Below, piece after piece: positions 48,615 through 57,926 of a stretch of DNA of 64,000 nucleotides (position 1 is its first letter; each line of letters opens with the position of its first letter). Made by a program: the position numbers and the translations under genes. The stretch is taken from the sequence record PV764603.1, one strand, 5' to 3'. The notes under the pieces are model-generated. The model worked only from the letters and a program-made list of their open reading frames with translations, searched no databases and was not told the DNA's origin.

Positions 48615-48924
48615 CAAGATGCAGGTAGTGCATGGCACGACCATAGCCGAGTACAAAGCAATCTTGCTAGAGCGGGTACGCCACCCTTCCAAGATGTACC
48701 GAGACTTGGGATGCAAGCCTGTTGTCAAGCCTATCTACCTGTACGAACTGACCGACGGTACGATTTTGAACACAGGGTATTATCCATTGTGCCGTTCGCT
48801 ACGCACCATGCTGGGTGCCTCGATCAAGAGCGAGGAATTTTGGTACGGCGACCCGAGTGTAACGCCGCTCCTGTTCGCGCATGGAGCAATCGTCTTTCCT
48901 CAACGTGTGGAGAAGACCGCATGA
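48595..48924 (+). CDS. Hypothetical protein
   Basis: AAGGAG RBS. Confidence 0.55.
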   Translation: MMGKWIDKMQVVHGTTIAEYKAILLERVRHPSKMYRDLGCKPVVKPIYLYELTDGTILNTGYYPLCRSLRTMLGASIKSEEFWYGDPSVTPLLFAHGAIVFPQRVEKTA

Positions 48925-49331
48925 ATGGTACTGGACTTGGCCCTCCCCATCCACGCGCGGTAACGCTGTCCGAGTTGTACGGTAAGCCCTACCCTTTGAT
49001 TCTTTCGATAGATCGCCTCCTTGAGGGCAACCACTTACCGATGAGTAAGCCCCTCAGTAGAGACGAAATCCTCAACACCGATTGGACCCTCGTAGTTCAA
49101 ACCTCTGCGCTGATTGCGTTCGGTCCAGAGGATATGGTGGCTGAGTTTGAACGTGTTAGGACCGAGGTCAAGCGTCCGCTGCACCCACGCACGTTCAAGA
49201 AGAACCGACTGGTCGAAGGTGTTTCCCTAGAGGGCACCTTCCTGATCCAAGGGCCTTTGAGAGAGTACGCACCCGGTGACAACGTGTGGCAACTCAGCGT
49301 TGATTACGCCGTTAACAGGAATCGAAAATGA
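48921..49331 (+). CDS. Hypothetical protein (start uncertain)
   Basis: GGAG RBS, ATGA overlap at 48921. Confidence 0.5.
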   Translation: MNGTGLGPPHPRAVTLSELYGKPYPLILSIDRLLEGNHLPMSKPLSRDEILNTDWTLVVQTSALIAFGPEDMVAEFERVRTEVKRPLHPRTFKKNRLVEGVSLEGTFLIQGPLREYAPGDNVWQLSVDYAVNRNRK

Positions 49332-49678
49332 CACACATTGTCGCACCGAAGCCGCAGGAACGCTGGCTCAAAGAACAGACCACCAAGTTCCGTCCCCTCT
49401 ACAACAAGCGCACCAAGCTTGGTTCGGGAAACAAGCTCACGTTGCTCGAAGAGTGGTGGACGGTTGAGAACACCGATCACGTTGTAGTGGATGATGACGG
49501 CAAGCCCGTCCGCTTCCACTTCCTTCCGATGGCACAAATCTGCGCCGACTCTGTGAACGGTCCTACCGTTTCCCAGCAAGAGCAGACGCGCCAGATTCTA
49601 CAGGACGTGGTGGACCGAAAGATCGACAACAACAAAGCAGTGGCTTTGCTGTTTGCAGTCTATGGGATTGACCTATGA
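49328..49678 (+). CDS. Hypothetical protein
   Basis: AGGA RBS, ATGA overlap. Confidence 0.55.
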   Translation: MTHIVAPKPQERWLKEQTTKFRPLYNKRTKLGSGNKLTLLEEWWTVENTDHVVVDDDGKPVRFHFLPMAQICADSVNGPTVSQQEQTRQILQDVVDRKIDNNKAVALLFAVYGIDL

Positions 49679-49920
49679 AGAAGCTACTTAGGATCGTAGA
49701 TGATTGGTGGTTGTTCATCGGCCGTGCTGCCATAGTGGTGTGCGTTACGTTCGTTGTCGGCATGATTGTATGGATCAACGTGCTTACGATCAAGTCCAAT
49801 CGTCACGCTAAAGAATGGTGCCCTCGACACAACGGCGTGCTGATCGAAGCAGGTTCCGGTAACGTCAAGTGCGTCAAGAGCATCGAATACTTCACCGAAG
49901 AGGAACTCAAGGCGCCATGA
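49675..49920 (+). CDS. Bitopic membrane protein with two-Cys domain
   Basis: TM helix AAIVVCVTFVVGMIVWINV, then WCPRHNG...VKC. Confidence 0.65.
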   Translation: MKKLLRIVDDWWLFIGRAAIVVCVTFVVGMIVWINVLTIKSNRHAKEWCPRHNGVLIEAGSGNVKCVKSIEYFTEEELKAP

Positions 49921-50219
49921 TGCACATTGTAGATTCGGGAGCTTTCACGATGGCGCTCAATGTACTGCGCCGTGCAGGTAAGACCGAAGTAGCTGACGAG
50001 CTAGAGAAGGCCAGCAGGACGCTGCACCCACGTGACCTCGCCGAGGCAATGGATCATGTGCTACAGAACAAGACCGAAGACGTGATGGACGGCGGCTACT
50101 ACGAATCGCCCAACACTTCGTTAGGCGATGATGCACTGGAACAAATGACCACTGTGATCGACGGCAATCTCTGCTTGGTTCCGTTTGCTGGTCGCGTGCT
50201 CAACTCAATCAAACCATAA
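49917..50219 (+). CDS. Hypothetical protein
   Basis: ATGA overlap at 49917. Confidence 0.55.
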   Translation: MMHIVDSGAFTMALNVLRRAGKTEVADELEKASRTLHPRDLAEAMDHVLQNKTEDVMDGGYYESPNTSLGDDALEQMTTVIDGNLCLVPFAGRVLNSIKP

Positions 50220-50229
50220 GGAAAGACTC

Positions 50230-50550
50230 ATGCCATACTCTACCCGTAATCGTGGCCTCTACATCATCATCGCGCTGCTCACGGGCATGCTGGGGTTCCA
50301 CAACTTCTACGCAGGACATTTGAAGAAGGGTGGCCTCCAGTTCTTGGCCACCGTGGTCAGCATCCTGATTATCCCCGTGACTGCCATGCTGTCTGTCCTG
50401 ATTTCTGGCGGTGACAACGGCGGTGAGGCGTCCAAGCTGGTGATGTTCGCTGTGGTTGCTGCTCCTGTGCTGGCAGTGTGCAATGCAATCAGCGTGATCC
50501 TGGACATCGTTGAAACCAAGTCTGACGGCTATGGCGATTTGATGCGTTGA
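50230..50550 (+). CDS. TM2-domain membrane protein
   Basis: RGLYIIIALLTGMLGFHNFYAGHLKKGGLQF, the canonical TM2 pattern (LG.LG.HrFYlG....G+); AAGGA RBS. Confidence 0.85.
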   Translation: MPYSTRNRGLYIIIALLTGMLGFHNFYAGHLKKGGLQFLATVVSILIIPVTAMLSVLISGGDNGGEASKLVMFAVVAAPVLAVCNAISVILDIVETKSDGYGDLMR

Positions 50551-50579
50551 AGAAAAGGCCCCAATTGGGGCCTTTTCTT
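50550..50579. terminator. Perfect 30-bp palindrome, bidirectional terminator
   Basis: aagaaaaggccccaa|ttggggccttttctt. Confidence 0.8.
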
Positions 50580-50599
50580 TTGCCGGAAATAATGAGAGG

Positions 50600-50625
50600 T
50601 TGCCAAAATGGCAATCCTGTAAATA
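50600..50625 (+). promoter_or_regulatory. Palindrome TGCCAAAATGGCA + ATCCTGTAAATA
   Basis: Intergenic, upstream of an AAGGAGG RBS. Confidence 0.7.
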
Positions 50626-50645
50626 TAGGATACAAGGAGGACGAT

Positions 50646-51038
50646 ATGATCCCAGACTTTGACCTGTCCAAAGCAGTGCGCCAAACCAAGTTCGTGGGCC
50701 CCAACTCGAAGACAGGTAACTGCACTGAGGCGGCTATTGCCACCCTGCTGCAAATTCCCCTAAGCGCCGTTCCCGAATTCAACCGTAGCGAAGACGACGC
50801 ATCTGACTTTTGGGAGAGCGTTGAAAGCTTCTTGGTTGAGCACGGGCTCTACATCAAGTACACCACCAAGCACAAACAGGGTGTGTATCTCGTAAGCGGT
50901 CCCACGGTAAGAGGCCGAGGGCATCACACTGTCATCTACAAGGATGGACAGTTGGCGTGGGACCCGCATCCCTCCGACGCAGGCGTCACCGAAGACGTGT
51001 GGTGCCTACACCTTCAAGACACGGATCCATACGCATGA
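50646..51038 (+). CDS. Papain-like / C39-like cysteine-protease-fold protein
   Basis: Putative catalytic triad GNCTEAAIA (Cys), HHTVIY (His), WDPHP (Asp). Confidence 0.6.
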   Translation: MIPDFDLSKAVRQTKFVGPNSKTGNCTEAAIATLLQIPLSAVPEFNRSEDDASDFWESVESFLVEHGLYIKYTTKHKQGVYLVSGPTVRGRGHHTVIYKDGQLAWDPHPSDAGVTEDVWCLHLQDTDPYA

Positions 51039-51385
51039 GTACCGATTGGAGTAAAGCAATGGTTATTGACTGGGAACTGCTCGCCCTTCGTATGCTTGCA
51101 GCCAACCAACTTGGCATCCGCATTGAGCAAAGCGACGGTCATCGTTGGATCATCGAAGACCTGTGTTCCGAATTCTGCCTACACCTGTTCGGGGAGCCGG
51201 TACCCCTCAACGTGGTGGACCCTGAGCGTGAAGCCTACCAAAAGGTATACGGTTCCTACCGTGCTGCCCTCGACCTGATTGACGAACGGTTAGTTGCCAA
51301 GGGACACAAGACATTGGCCGAACAGTTCGATCACATCAACTACCACAACGACCTGTCAAACATCTTCGGAGACGGCGTGCAATGA
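51035..51385 (+). CDS. Hypothetical protein
   Basis: ATGA overlap. Confidence 0.55.
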   Translation: MSTDWSKAMVIDWELLALRMLAANQLGIRIEQSDGHRWIIEDLCSEFCLHLFGEPVPLNVVDPEREAYQKVYGSYRAALDLIDERLVAKGHKTLAEQFDHINYHNDLSNIFGDGVQ

Positions 51386-51708
51386 TTTTCAATGAGGATG
51401 AACTCAACCGAATAGCCGATCAGCTTGTGGGCAAGACCGCTGAGATTTGGGATGCACGTACGATACGCGAAGTAGCCCGAATAGGCGAAGTTCCCTTCTA
51501 CCTGAAAGGCACCGTGGAGCAAATGACTGTAAGCGCTCACGTAGGCAACATTGTCGCACGTGACGAACAGGACCAACCCATCTACCTGACGATCAAGGGC
51601 TGCATTTGCTGGGAGGGTCGATACACTCTGCGCGCCGACCTGAACTACGAACCGTACATGGGCTCTGTGGGAGCCGTCCCCGTTGACATTGAATGGAACC
51701 AACCATGA
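51382..51708 (+). CDS. Hypothetical protein
   Basis: GGAG RBS, ATGA overlap. Confidence 0.55.
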   Translation: MIFNEDELNRIADQLVGKTAEIWDARTIREVARIGEVPFYLKGTVEQMTVSAHVGNIVARDEQDQPIYLTIKGCICWEGRYTLRADLNYEPYMGSVGAVPVDIEWNQP

Positions 51709-52019
51709 GCAAGATCAAATTCCCGCAGGGCATGCGGGCCTATCGTCCACCGATGCACGCACCCCGACACGCCGTTACGGCACTGACCCTCGACGTTGAG
51801 GAATTCATTGCATTCCTACGCGAGCAGAAGTCCGACGTGGTACGCCTCAACGTGTTGGCATCCAAGGGCTCGGGTCATCATTACGTCTGTGTCAACGAGT
51901 GGCGACCGGGCAATCCTGAGCAGGAAGAAGCACGTGCTAATCGTTCACCTCAACCGCCTGCGGAAGATTACGCAGACTACAGCGTACCCCCTGACCAAGA
52001 AGAACAGGCGCCCTACTGA
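51705..52019 (+). CDS. Hypothetical protein
   Basis: ATGA overlap at 51705. Confidence 0.55.
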   Translation: MSKIKFPQGMRAYRPPMHAPRHAVTALTLDVEEFIAFLREQKSDVVRLNVLASKGSGHHYVCVNEWRPGNPEQEEARANRSPQPPAEDYADYSVPPDQEEQAPY

Positions 52020-52189
52020 TGCTCGGTCCAACTGACACTATCACAGAGTTCCCGGTGCCACGGCCCCGAACGTATCCCTCTGATGGAATGTTCACATGGG
52101 AAGGGCATCGCATCCACACTCACAGCAAGCCCGAGTCGCGCAAGCGTGGTAAGAGTAAGTACACTCGCAAGAAGGGGAAGCGCAAATGA
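52019..52189 (+). CDS. Small basic protein (56 aa, not in the ORF track)
   Basis: TGATG and ATGA overlaps; ends HSKPESRKRGKSKYTRKKGKRK. Confidence 0.55.
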   Translation: MLGPTDTITEFPVPRPRTYPSDGMFTWEGHRIHTHSKPESRKRGKSKYTRKKGKRK

Positions 52190-52392
52190 GCATTACCCGG
52201 CGTAAAGCGAAGGCGGCTGCGGAGGCTCACACCAACCTTACCATGTTTGGTGCTATCCAGAGTCTGTGCGAAAGCGGTTGCTTCTACGGTGGACGAGTGC
52301 ACCCGGCACTGGACAAGATCATCAAGATTTGCAAGACCGAGCAGCGCAAAGAACTCAAGATCATGGACAAGGAAATAGGTGCGCCCAGATGA
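52186..52392 (+). CDS. Hypothetical protein
   Basis: ATGA overlap. Confidence 0.55.
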   Translation: MSITRRKAKAAAEAHTNLTMFGAIQSLCESGCFYGGRVHPALDKIIKICKTEQRKELKIMDKEIGAPR

Positions 52393-52658
52393 CTACGTTC
52401 GTTGAAATGATGGCAGACCCGTCAGGTAACACCGTACCTGACTACATTGAACAGCTTCGGATCGAAGGGTGGAAGATCACCTGTACGCTAGCTCCGGGTC
52501 CCACGGTGCAAGACAAAGAAGTCATGCCCGTGTACAAGGTGGAAATTAGCAGCGCCAAGTGGGACGTGTGCTTCAAGGCGTACAACGACGCCGACCTCAA
52601 AGAAGCAATCGACAAGTGGATGGAGACGGGCATAGTCCCTCAGGAGAAGCTGAAATGA
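52389..52658 (+). CDS. Hypothetical protein
   Basis: ATGA overlap at 52389. Confidence 0.55.
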   Translation: MTTFVEMMADPSGNTVPDYIEQLRIEGWKITCTLAPGPTVQDKEVMPVYKVEISSAKWDVCFKAYNDADLKEAIDKWMETGIVPQEKLK

Positions 52659-53038
52659 AATTCGATCTACTGACCGCGTATACGATGTTCGACCTCGCAG
52701 GCTTCAAGGTCACCAGCATCACTGAGATTCCGAACGACTATTGGCCTCGCACCTCCCTGTACGAACAGCTGCGAGCCGAAAGTCCTTGGTTCGTCGTAGG
52801 CACTGACTTCGGTGGTGTTCGCATCGGTTGGCGCAAGCGCGTTATCTCGATTGAGTGGGATAGCGCTATGCACAGCGGCATCATCACCGAGGACGACACC
52901 ACCAAGGACCCGCATATGGTTCACGCGTGGAGTCGCGCTGATGCAGTGAAGTACCTTAGCAACCTTCGGGAGGCAGCGTATGCAGCCAAGAGCCGCAGGC
53001 CCACCCAAGTACAGGTAGAATCCAATGAATCTATGTGA
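52655..53038 (+). CDS. Hypothetical protein
   Basis: AGGAG RBS, ATGA overlap. Confidence 0.6.
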   Translation: MKFDLLTAYTMFDLAGFKVTSITEIPNDYWPRTSLYEQLRAESPWFVVGTDFGGVRIGWRKRVISIEWDSAMHSGIITEDDTTKDPHMVHAWSRADAVKYLSNLREAAYAAKSRRPTQVQVESNESM

Positions 53039-53186
53039 GCTTCTGCATCGACCGTTGTTCATGCCCAAGGATGCGATCAAGTGTAGCTACTGCGGCTACT
53101 ACAACATGCCCAATACGGAACGCTGCCTTGGCTTCCTGTGTGGTGCCAACCTGCGCCCTACCGGCGGCGGATTCGTGGAGTTCTAA
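53025..53186 (+). CDS. Small zinc-ribbon protein (53 aa, not in the ORF track)
   Basis: CSYC...C....CG; TAATG overlap with the next gene. Confidence 0.5.
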   Translation: MNLCELLHRPLFMPKDAIKCSYCGYYNMPNTERCLGFLCGANLRPTGGGFVEF

Positions 53187-53353
53187 TGACTAGCGCGCCT
53201 GAAACCACAAGCGTTACAGCCCGTATCGCACAGTCCATCCGTGAGCAGATCGGTACGGACTTGCCTACGATCACTCTGATGAATGGACAGATCATCGACA
53301 TTCAAGAACTGGCGCGTGCTATCGCAGCGCGCCTCGGACCTCCCAAGCCATGA
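53186..53353 (+). CDS. Hypothetical protein
   Basis: GGAG RBS, ATG 53186. Confidence 0.5.
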   Translation: MTSAPETTSVTARIAQSIREQIGTDLPTITLMNGQIIDIQELARAIAARLGPPKP

Positions 53354-53595
53354 ACACATACATCTACCGACCGTACATCCAAGGCCCCGGCACTCACATG
53401 CTGACGGTTGCGACAGATAGGCAGTCTGCCGTAGTCAACATTGTGCGCAACCTCAAGCACTATTTCCCCGATGACGTTGCCAAGTTCAAACCCGAAGCCC
53501 TGACTTCTATGGTCAACGGGCAAACGTCCATCCTCCTCCTGAATGATACCGCTGTCATCCTGCCGCCTGATAGCACCGTGTCGATTGGAGTTTGA
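53350..53595 (+). CDS. Hypothetical protein
   Basis: ATGA overlap. Confidence 0.5.
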   Translation: MNTYIYRPYIQGPGTHMLTVATDRQSAVVNIVRNLKHYFPDDVAKFKPEALTSMVNGQTSILLLNDTAVILPPDSTVSIGV

Positions 53596-53596
53596 C

Positions 53597-53845
53597 GTGA
53601 GCTACTCAGTGTTGTTCCGGCCGCAGCGTGGCGACTTTCAAACTAGCTACGCTGAGACTGTGCGAGTACGTAACACCCCCGAGGGTATTGCTGCACACCT
53701 GACTCAGATACTCGGTCAGGTGGTGGGCCCTTCGCAAATCACATTCGAGGATGCAGGCTTTGACAAGCGCCTCGGTACCAACAATCAATACGTTCTTCTC
53801 GACGGCCAATGCGTAGGCTACGTTTGGGAAGGCGACGAAATCTAA
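53597..53845 (+). CDS. Hypothetical protein
   Basis: GGAG RBS, GTG 53597. Confidence 0.5.
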   Translation: MSYSVLFRPQRGDFQTSYAETVRVRNTPEGIAAHLTQILGQVVGPSQITFEDAGFDKRLGTNNQYVLLDGQCVGYVWEGDEI

Positions 53846-53855
53846 AGGACAGACC

Positions 53856-54158
53856 ATGCTTCCGCAAGCCCGTTACCTCGTTGCTTTCAGCAACTGCTAC
53901 TTCCACTTCACGGACACAATGATGCCGCTGCGCATTCTTGAAAACTGCGACGTGGCCATTCAGATCAAGCCGAACATGGAGCTAACTCTCATCAAGGTTC
54001 GTACCGACACTGCGCTGCTCAAGCTGCTGAATGCCGAGACTTCAAACGAAACCAAAGACCTGTACGACGGCAAGCCTCCGAGAGAAGACAAGCGTGATTG
54101 GCGCGCGTTCAAGATCGAGTGCATCAACAACAGTCCCATCCCGGCTCCACTCATCTAA
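53856..54158 (+). CDS. Hypothetical protein
   Basis: AAAGGA RBS. Confidence 0.6.
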   Translation: MLPQARYLVAFSNCYFHFTDTMMPLRILENCDVAIQIKPNMELTLIKVRTDTALLKLLNAETSNETKDLYDGKPPREDKRDWRAFKIECINNSPIPAPLI

Positions 54159-54168
54159 GGGGCCGCGT

Positions 54169-54627
54169 ATGGGAACTTACATTGGTGGATGCGCCGAGCG
54201 AAAGACTGACTCGGGCTGGGAGGTTGTAGAGATTCACCTGCCGTGGCTGCTGGACTATCAGTGCTACGAATACTTCGGATGGCTTGGTGGGGTGCGCAAC
54301 TATGCAGCTGTGTCCTCGGTTGCCGAACAACGTGGCCTACCTGCCGACGTATCCAAGGAGGCTGAGGTTGAATACGATCACTGCTACGACGCTAGTTCCC
54401 CGAGCTATGTCACCGTGGAGGAACTGCTTGCCATCGACTATCAGCAGTTGGTTGAGAACCGTAGAACCCACGAAGTTGTTGGAAGTATAGGATACGGTAA
54501 CAGAACATGTGAACCGGGTAAGGGCGAGACGATGACCCTTGAAGAATACCTCAGACCGGAGCGCGTGGCCGAGATTCGTTCCCTGCCAGAGAAGGGTATC
54601 GACCGACTTGTGTTTTGGTTTAGCTGA
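54169..54627 (+). CDS. Conserved phage hypothetical protein
   Basis: MGTYI...E...W...YEYFGWLGGVRN...RGLP.D.S...SYVTVEELL...RLVFWF pattern. Confidence 0.65.
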   Translation: MGTYIGGCAERKTDSGWEVVEIHLPWLLDYQCYEYFGWLGGVRNYAAVSSVAEQRGLPADVSKEAEVEYDHCYDASSPSYVTVEELLAIDYQQLVENRRTHEVVGSIGYGNRTCEPGKGETMTLEEYLRPERVAEIRSLPEKGIDRLVFWFS

Positions 54628-54637
54628 GGATCGCGTC

Positions 54638-54916
54638 ATGTTCGAGAAAATCAAACGCTACTTGTTCGTCCAGTTGTTGCGGTACTTCATCCACGACAAG
54701 ATCAAGTGGCAAGCAATCCTGCACGTCTACTGGATTGAATACCGCAAGCGTTACACCGAAGAGACGACGCCCACTTCCCTTGACAGCATCTACACTGTCT
54801 TGAAGGAAGCGTCCGAACGTGAGTTGGCTGCCAGCGCACGTGATCGCAAGATTCGGGAACTCAATCAGCAAGTAGCACAAATCACTAGCGAGAACTATCA
54901 CGACTATTGGGACTAG
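54638..54916 (+). CDS. Hypothetical protein
   Basis: GAGGA RBS, ATG 54638. Confidence 0.55.
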   Translation: MFEKIKRYLFVQLLRYFIHDKIKWQAILHVYWIEYRKRYTEETTPTSLDSIYTVLKEASERELAASARDRKIRELNQQVAQITSENYHDYWD

Positions 54917-54919
54917 ACC

Positions 54920-55303
54920 ATGAAAGAGTTAGGCCATAGCGGCATAATGATTTATCCGCTTACCCCGTTGCAGTCCGAAGCCTCAAAGATTCTCGCGGAA
55001 GAATGCGTAGAACTTGCGAAGGAATGCAGCAAGATCGAGCGTTGCGGTTTGCCATTCATTGCGACTGGTGAAGCACTCACGTTCAAGGAAAAGTTCACTG
55101 AGGAAATTGCGGACGTCCTCACGCTGATCGACGAGGCAATCGCTGCCGGGTTGGTAGATCGCCAGCGCCTTGTCCAAGTGCTTGACAACAAGCCCGCACG
55201 TCTGCGCAAGTGGACGACCCACCTTGGCTACGCTCCAGTGCGTTACGCCAATCCCCTGCTCCTCAACTTCAATTCTTCTGACGACACTTCGGATCGAGAC
55301 TGA
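54920..55303 (+). CDS. MazG-like nucleotide pyrophosphohydrolase
   Basis: ILAEECVELAKECSK...EEIADVL (ExxE...ExxD all-alpha NTP-PPase motif). Confidence 0.75.
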   Translation: MKELGHSGIMIYPLTPLQSEASKILAEECVELAKECSKIERCGLPFIATGEALTFKEKFTEEIADVLTLIDEAIAAGLVDRQRLVQVLDNKPARLRKWTTHLGYAPVRYANPLLLNFNSSDDTSDRD

Positions 55304-55305
55304 CT

Positions 55306-55761
55306 ATGACCATTCGCTATATCCACCTGCGCTCCCCGGTAATCCCGTACCTGCAAGAAACGAGTGAACACTTCGGCGGCATCACTGTGGCCTACGAACT
55401 GTGGACCACCAAGGACCCGACCGGCGTCTCCCACCTGTTCGCCAACGTAGCACTGGCCCTGTGCGATCACCGGGATCGTTACAACAAGGTGGAAGGCCGT
55501 CGCATTGCTTCCGAGCGCCTGCGCAATCGTCTCTCGGTGTCTCCGCTGCTCGCGTTCACCACGCACCTTGGCTTCGCTGCTATGGAAGAGGAAGTTGGCC
55601 ACGGCGTCGGTTCCTATATGGACCGCTTCTACGCCAAGCTGACGCGCGACGCTTCGGGTGGCATCGACGTGAACGAACGCGAAATCAAGGTCACCAAGAT
55701 TCTGACCCAAGTTGCCATCCAGCATGGCGAGGTTTGCTTCTACTCTTGGGGAGGCAAGTAA
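55306..55761 (+). CDS. Hypothetical protein
   Basis: 151 aa; GGITVAY...C...DRYNK.EGRRIA pattern seen in phage hypotheticals. Confidence 0.6.
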   Translation: MTIRYIHLRSPVIPYLQETSEHFGGITVAYELWTTKDPTGVSHLFANVALALCDHRDRYNKVEGRRIASERLRNRLSVSPLLAFTTHLGFAAMEEEVGHGVGSYMDRFYAKLTRDASGGIDVNEREIKVTKILTQVAIQHGEVCFYSWGGK

Positions 55762-55767
55762 TCGAAA

Positions 55768-55783
55768 GGGGCCTTCGGGCCCC
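55768..55783 (+). terminator. Hairpin (possible terminator)
   Basis: GGGGCC-TTCG-GGCCCC; weak U-tract. Confidence 0.5.
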
Positions 55784-55803
55784 ATTCCATTGAGGGACAT
55801 ACC

Positions 55804-56130
55804 ATGCAATATACAGGCGGCTGCGGACCGATGCTAATCAGTAGCAGTACAAAGTGGCTCACCAAGATTCACCTCTCCCTAGAGGACGGCAAATGGAAGG
55901 CCACATGGAAACCAACTAACGGGTACCACCCAAAGGACTGCCCTTCTTTCGTGTTCAGCGCTGCGACTCCGGTGGAAGCCTACGCTACTACGATGGCCGA
56001 AGCGTCCAACTACCTGCTGTGTATTTTCTGGCAACCGCCTCGGACATACAACGGAAGGTACAAGCCTGCGCATCTTGCGTTGCTCGATGCAATCACGCTC
56101 CAAGCTAAGAGGGATCGCAATGGGAATTGA
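55804..56130 (+). CDS. Hypothetical protein
   Basis: GAGGGA RBS. Confidence 0.5.
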   Translation: MQYTGGCGPMLISSSTKWLTKIHLSLEDGKWKATWKPTNGYHPKDCPSFVFSAATPVEAYATTMAEASNYLLCIFWQPPRTYNGRYKPAHLALLDAITLQAKRDRNGN

Positions 56131-56539
56131 GAACGGTGTAGGACTGAGCTACAACGACTACCGAGCAATGAATGGTCGCCAGATTGTGTGGCGATTGGTA
56201 AAGGAAGCTAATGGCAGCTTCACTCACATTCTGGAATTCAACGGCAAGCGCGGCATCTTCCCCAGCGACGATCCCGAGGATATTGAGAAGCATTCCAAGT
56301 ACCTCAACGCAGAGTCCTACCTGCGCGCTATTAACGTGGTCAGCAATGGCGACGGTACTGCAACCGGGACAGGCCACCTGATCGTGGCAGAAGACTACTT
56401 CACCTTTGCGCTTGCAATGGTTCCGATGGTTGTTCGCCAAGGCAGGCACAAGGGCAAGAATCTCCCGATTAAGAAACAAGTGTGCGTGTTCAAGGCAGGC
56501 AAGATCGCCGACTACCTACATTCCGAGGCCACGGTATGA
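56120..56539 (+). CDS. Hypothetical protein
   Basis: GAGGGA RBS, ATG 56120. Confidence 0.55.
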   Translation: MGIENGVGLSYNDYRAMNGRQIVWRLVKEANGSFTHILEFNGKRGIFPSDDPEDIEKHSKYLNAESYLRAINVVSNGDGTATGTGHLIVAEDYFTFALAMVPMVVRQGRHKGKNLPIKKQVCVFKAGKIADYLHSEATV

Positions 56540-56781
56540 GCAAGATCGACGTACAGGAAATCATGCGCGAAGTGCGTGAGAACCTAGACCGACTGCAAGC
56601 GTGCAAGGGCCACAAGTGGCCGAAGATCGAACGTGAGAAACGTTCGCCGTTGGAGAAGTACACGTGCACTGAATGCAAAGGTAAGGTCGGCTTCACGGAA
56701 ATGCTCTACTATGTGCGTGGTGCTGTGCACTACGGCGGTGTGGACCCCAACACAATCTCCCCGGAGTGGCCGTTCAAATGA
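56536..56781 (+). CDS. Small Cys/His protein
   Basis: ACKGH...YTCTECKG; ATGA overlap. Confidence 0.55.
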   Translation: MSKIDVQEIMREVRENLDRLQACKGHKWPKIEREKRSPLEKYTCTECKGKVGFTEMLYYVRGAVHYGGVDPNTISPEWPFK

Positions 56782-56993
56782 GTGATAGCTTTGTAGTGCA
56801 ACAGAAGCTGGGAACGAAGTCGCTGTATTTCACCACCATTGATCGAGGCGGTGCCGTGTGGTCCGAAGGTGATCTGGCCAAGGCCACTCAGTTCGCTTCG
56901 GAAATCAATGCGCAGGACATTGCGGAATTCATCGCCGAACGTGCCGTTGGAACTTGGGAGGTAGTTACGTATGCGACCGCCGCAGCCGCGTGA
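56778..56993 (+). CDS. Hypothetical protein
   Basis: ATGA overlap at 56778. Confidence 0.5.
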   Translation: MSDSFVVQQKLGTKSLYFTTIDRGGAVWSEGDLAKATQFASEINAQDIAEFIAERAVGTWEVVTYATAAAA

Positions 56994-57513
56994 AGTTTGG
57001 ACCCACACAAGCGGTAGGGACTACACTGTCCTGCTGATCGCTAACCAGCATTCAGAGAATCCGAAGTACCCTGTGACTGTCGTGTACGAGGGTGACAACG
57101 GTAGGGTGTGGAGTCGCCCGCTTAGTGACTGGCATCGCTCCATGACGTACAAGGCGGAGTGCCTGCACAATTGGGTAGATGCGCGCAACAAGTACATCGA
57201 CTCGGGTGAGGTATGCCTGACCTGTTTCAAGATGCGTGCTGGCAACCCGACTACGGAAGGATTCAAGATCAACTGGATCGACCCGGAGTTGTCCTTGGTG
57301 CATACCAAGCCTCTAACGGTTATGCCGCAGGACGTAAAGAAGACCCTCAATGATTGGATCGAAAAGGAGTTCCCTACTCTGTCCAACATGCGCCGCTTTG
57401 TGGGCAGGTACGAAGAAGGTCAGGGCTACCCGGTGGTGCTCGACGGTTGCATGATGGGACGAGTGGCTATTGCTTACTTTGATCGTGACCCTTCGGACTA
57501 TCTCTATGACTAA
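56971..57513 (+). CDS. DUF1653-like domain fusion protein
   Basis: WTHTSGRDYTVLLIA...VVYEG.NGRVWSRPLSDW pattern; GGGAGG RBS. Confidence 0.6.
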   Translation: MRPPQPREVWTHTSGRDYTVLLIANQHSENPKYPVTVVYEGDNGRVWSRPLSDWHRSMTYKAECLHNWVDARNKYIDSGEVCLTCFKMRAGNPTTEGFKINWIDPELSLVHTKPLTVMPQDVKKTLNDWIEKEFPTLSNMRRFVGRYEEGQGYPVVLDGCMMGRVAIAYFDRDPSDYLYD

Positions 57514-57925
57514 GCCCGGCATCTTTCTAATCCAGCGCGAGCTAGAAGGAAGGCTCCTCATTCAACTTCTCAGCGAAGGTGGCTCCCAGCAAATCGCCCG
57601 TGCCAACTTTTATGCGGACGACCGTGGCGCGTGGGTGTTCAACGTGCTAGTGCATGAGCCGTTCCGTAGAATGAAGATGGGTAGGATGCTGCTAGAGGGA
57701 ATCGCAACCTACCTCCGTGATCCGGACAAGACTATCAGCTTCAAGGTAGACCACGACAACGAGGTGGCGCTGAAATTCTACAGCAGCTTGGGGTTCAAGC
57801 GAACCGGAGTATTGCAGAATTCAAGAGGCGCTGGGCTGGACGAAGTAGTCATGGAGGCTCGGATACGAAACACCACGGTGAGCCCACCAACCATGAACAA
57901 GTGGACTTATCAAATCACGGTATAG
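57506..57925 (+). CDS. GNAT-family N-acetyltransferase
   Basis: NVLVHEPFRRMKMGRMLL (acetyl-CoA motif A); VDHDNEVALKFYSSLGF (motif B). Confidence 0.88.
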   Translation: MTKPGIFLIQRELEGRLLIQLLSEGGSQQIARANFYADDRGAWVFNVLVHEPFRRMKMGRMLLEGIATYLRDPDKTISFKVDHDNEVALKFYSSLGFKRTGVLQNSRGAGLDEVVMEARIRNTTVSPPTMNKWTYQITV

Positions 57926-57926
57926 A

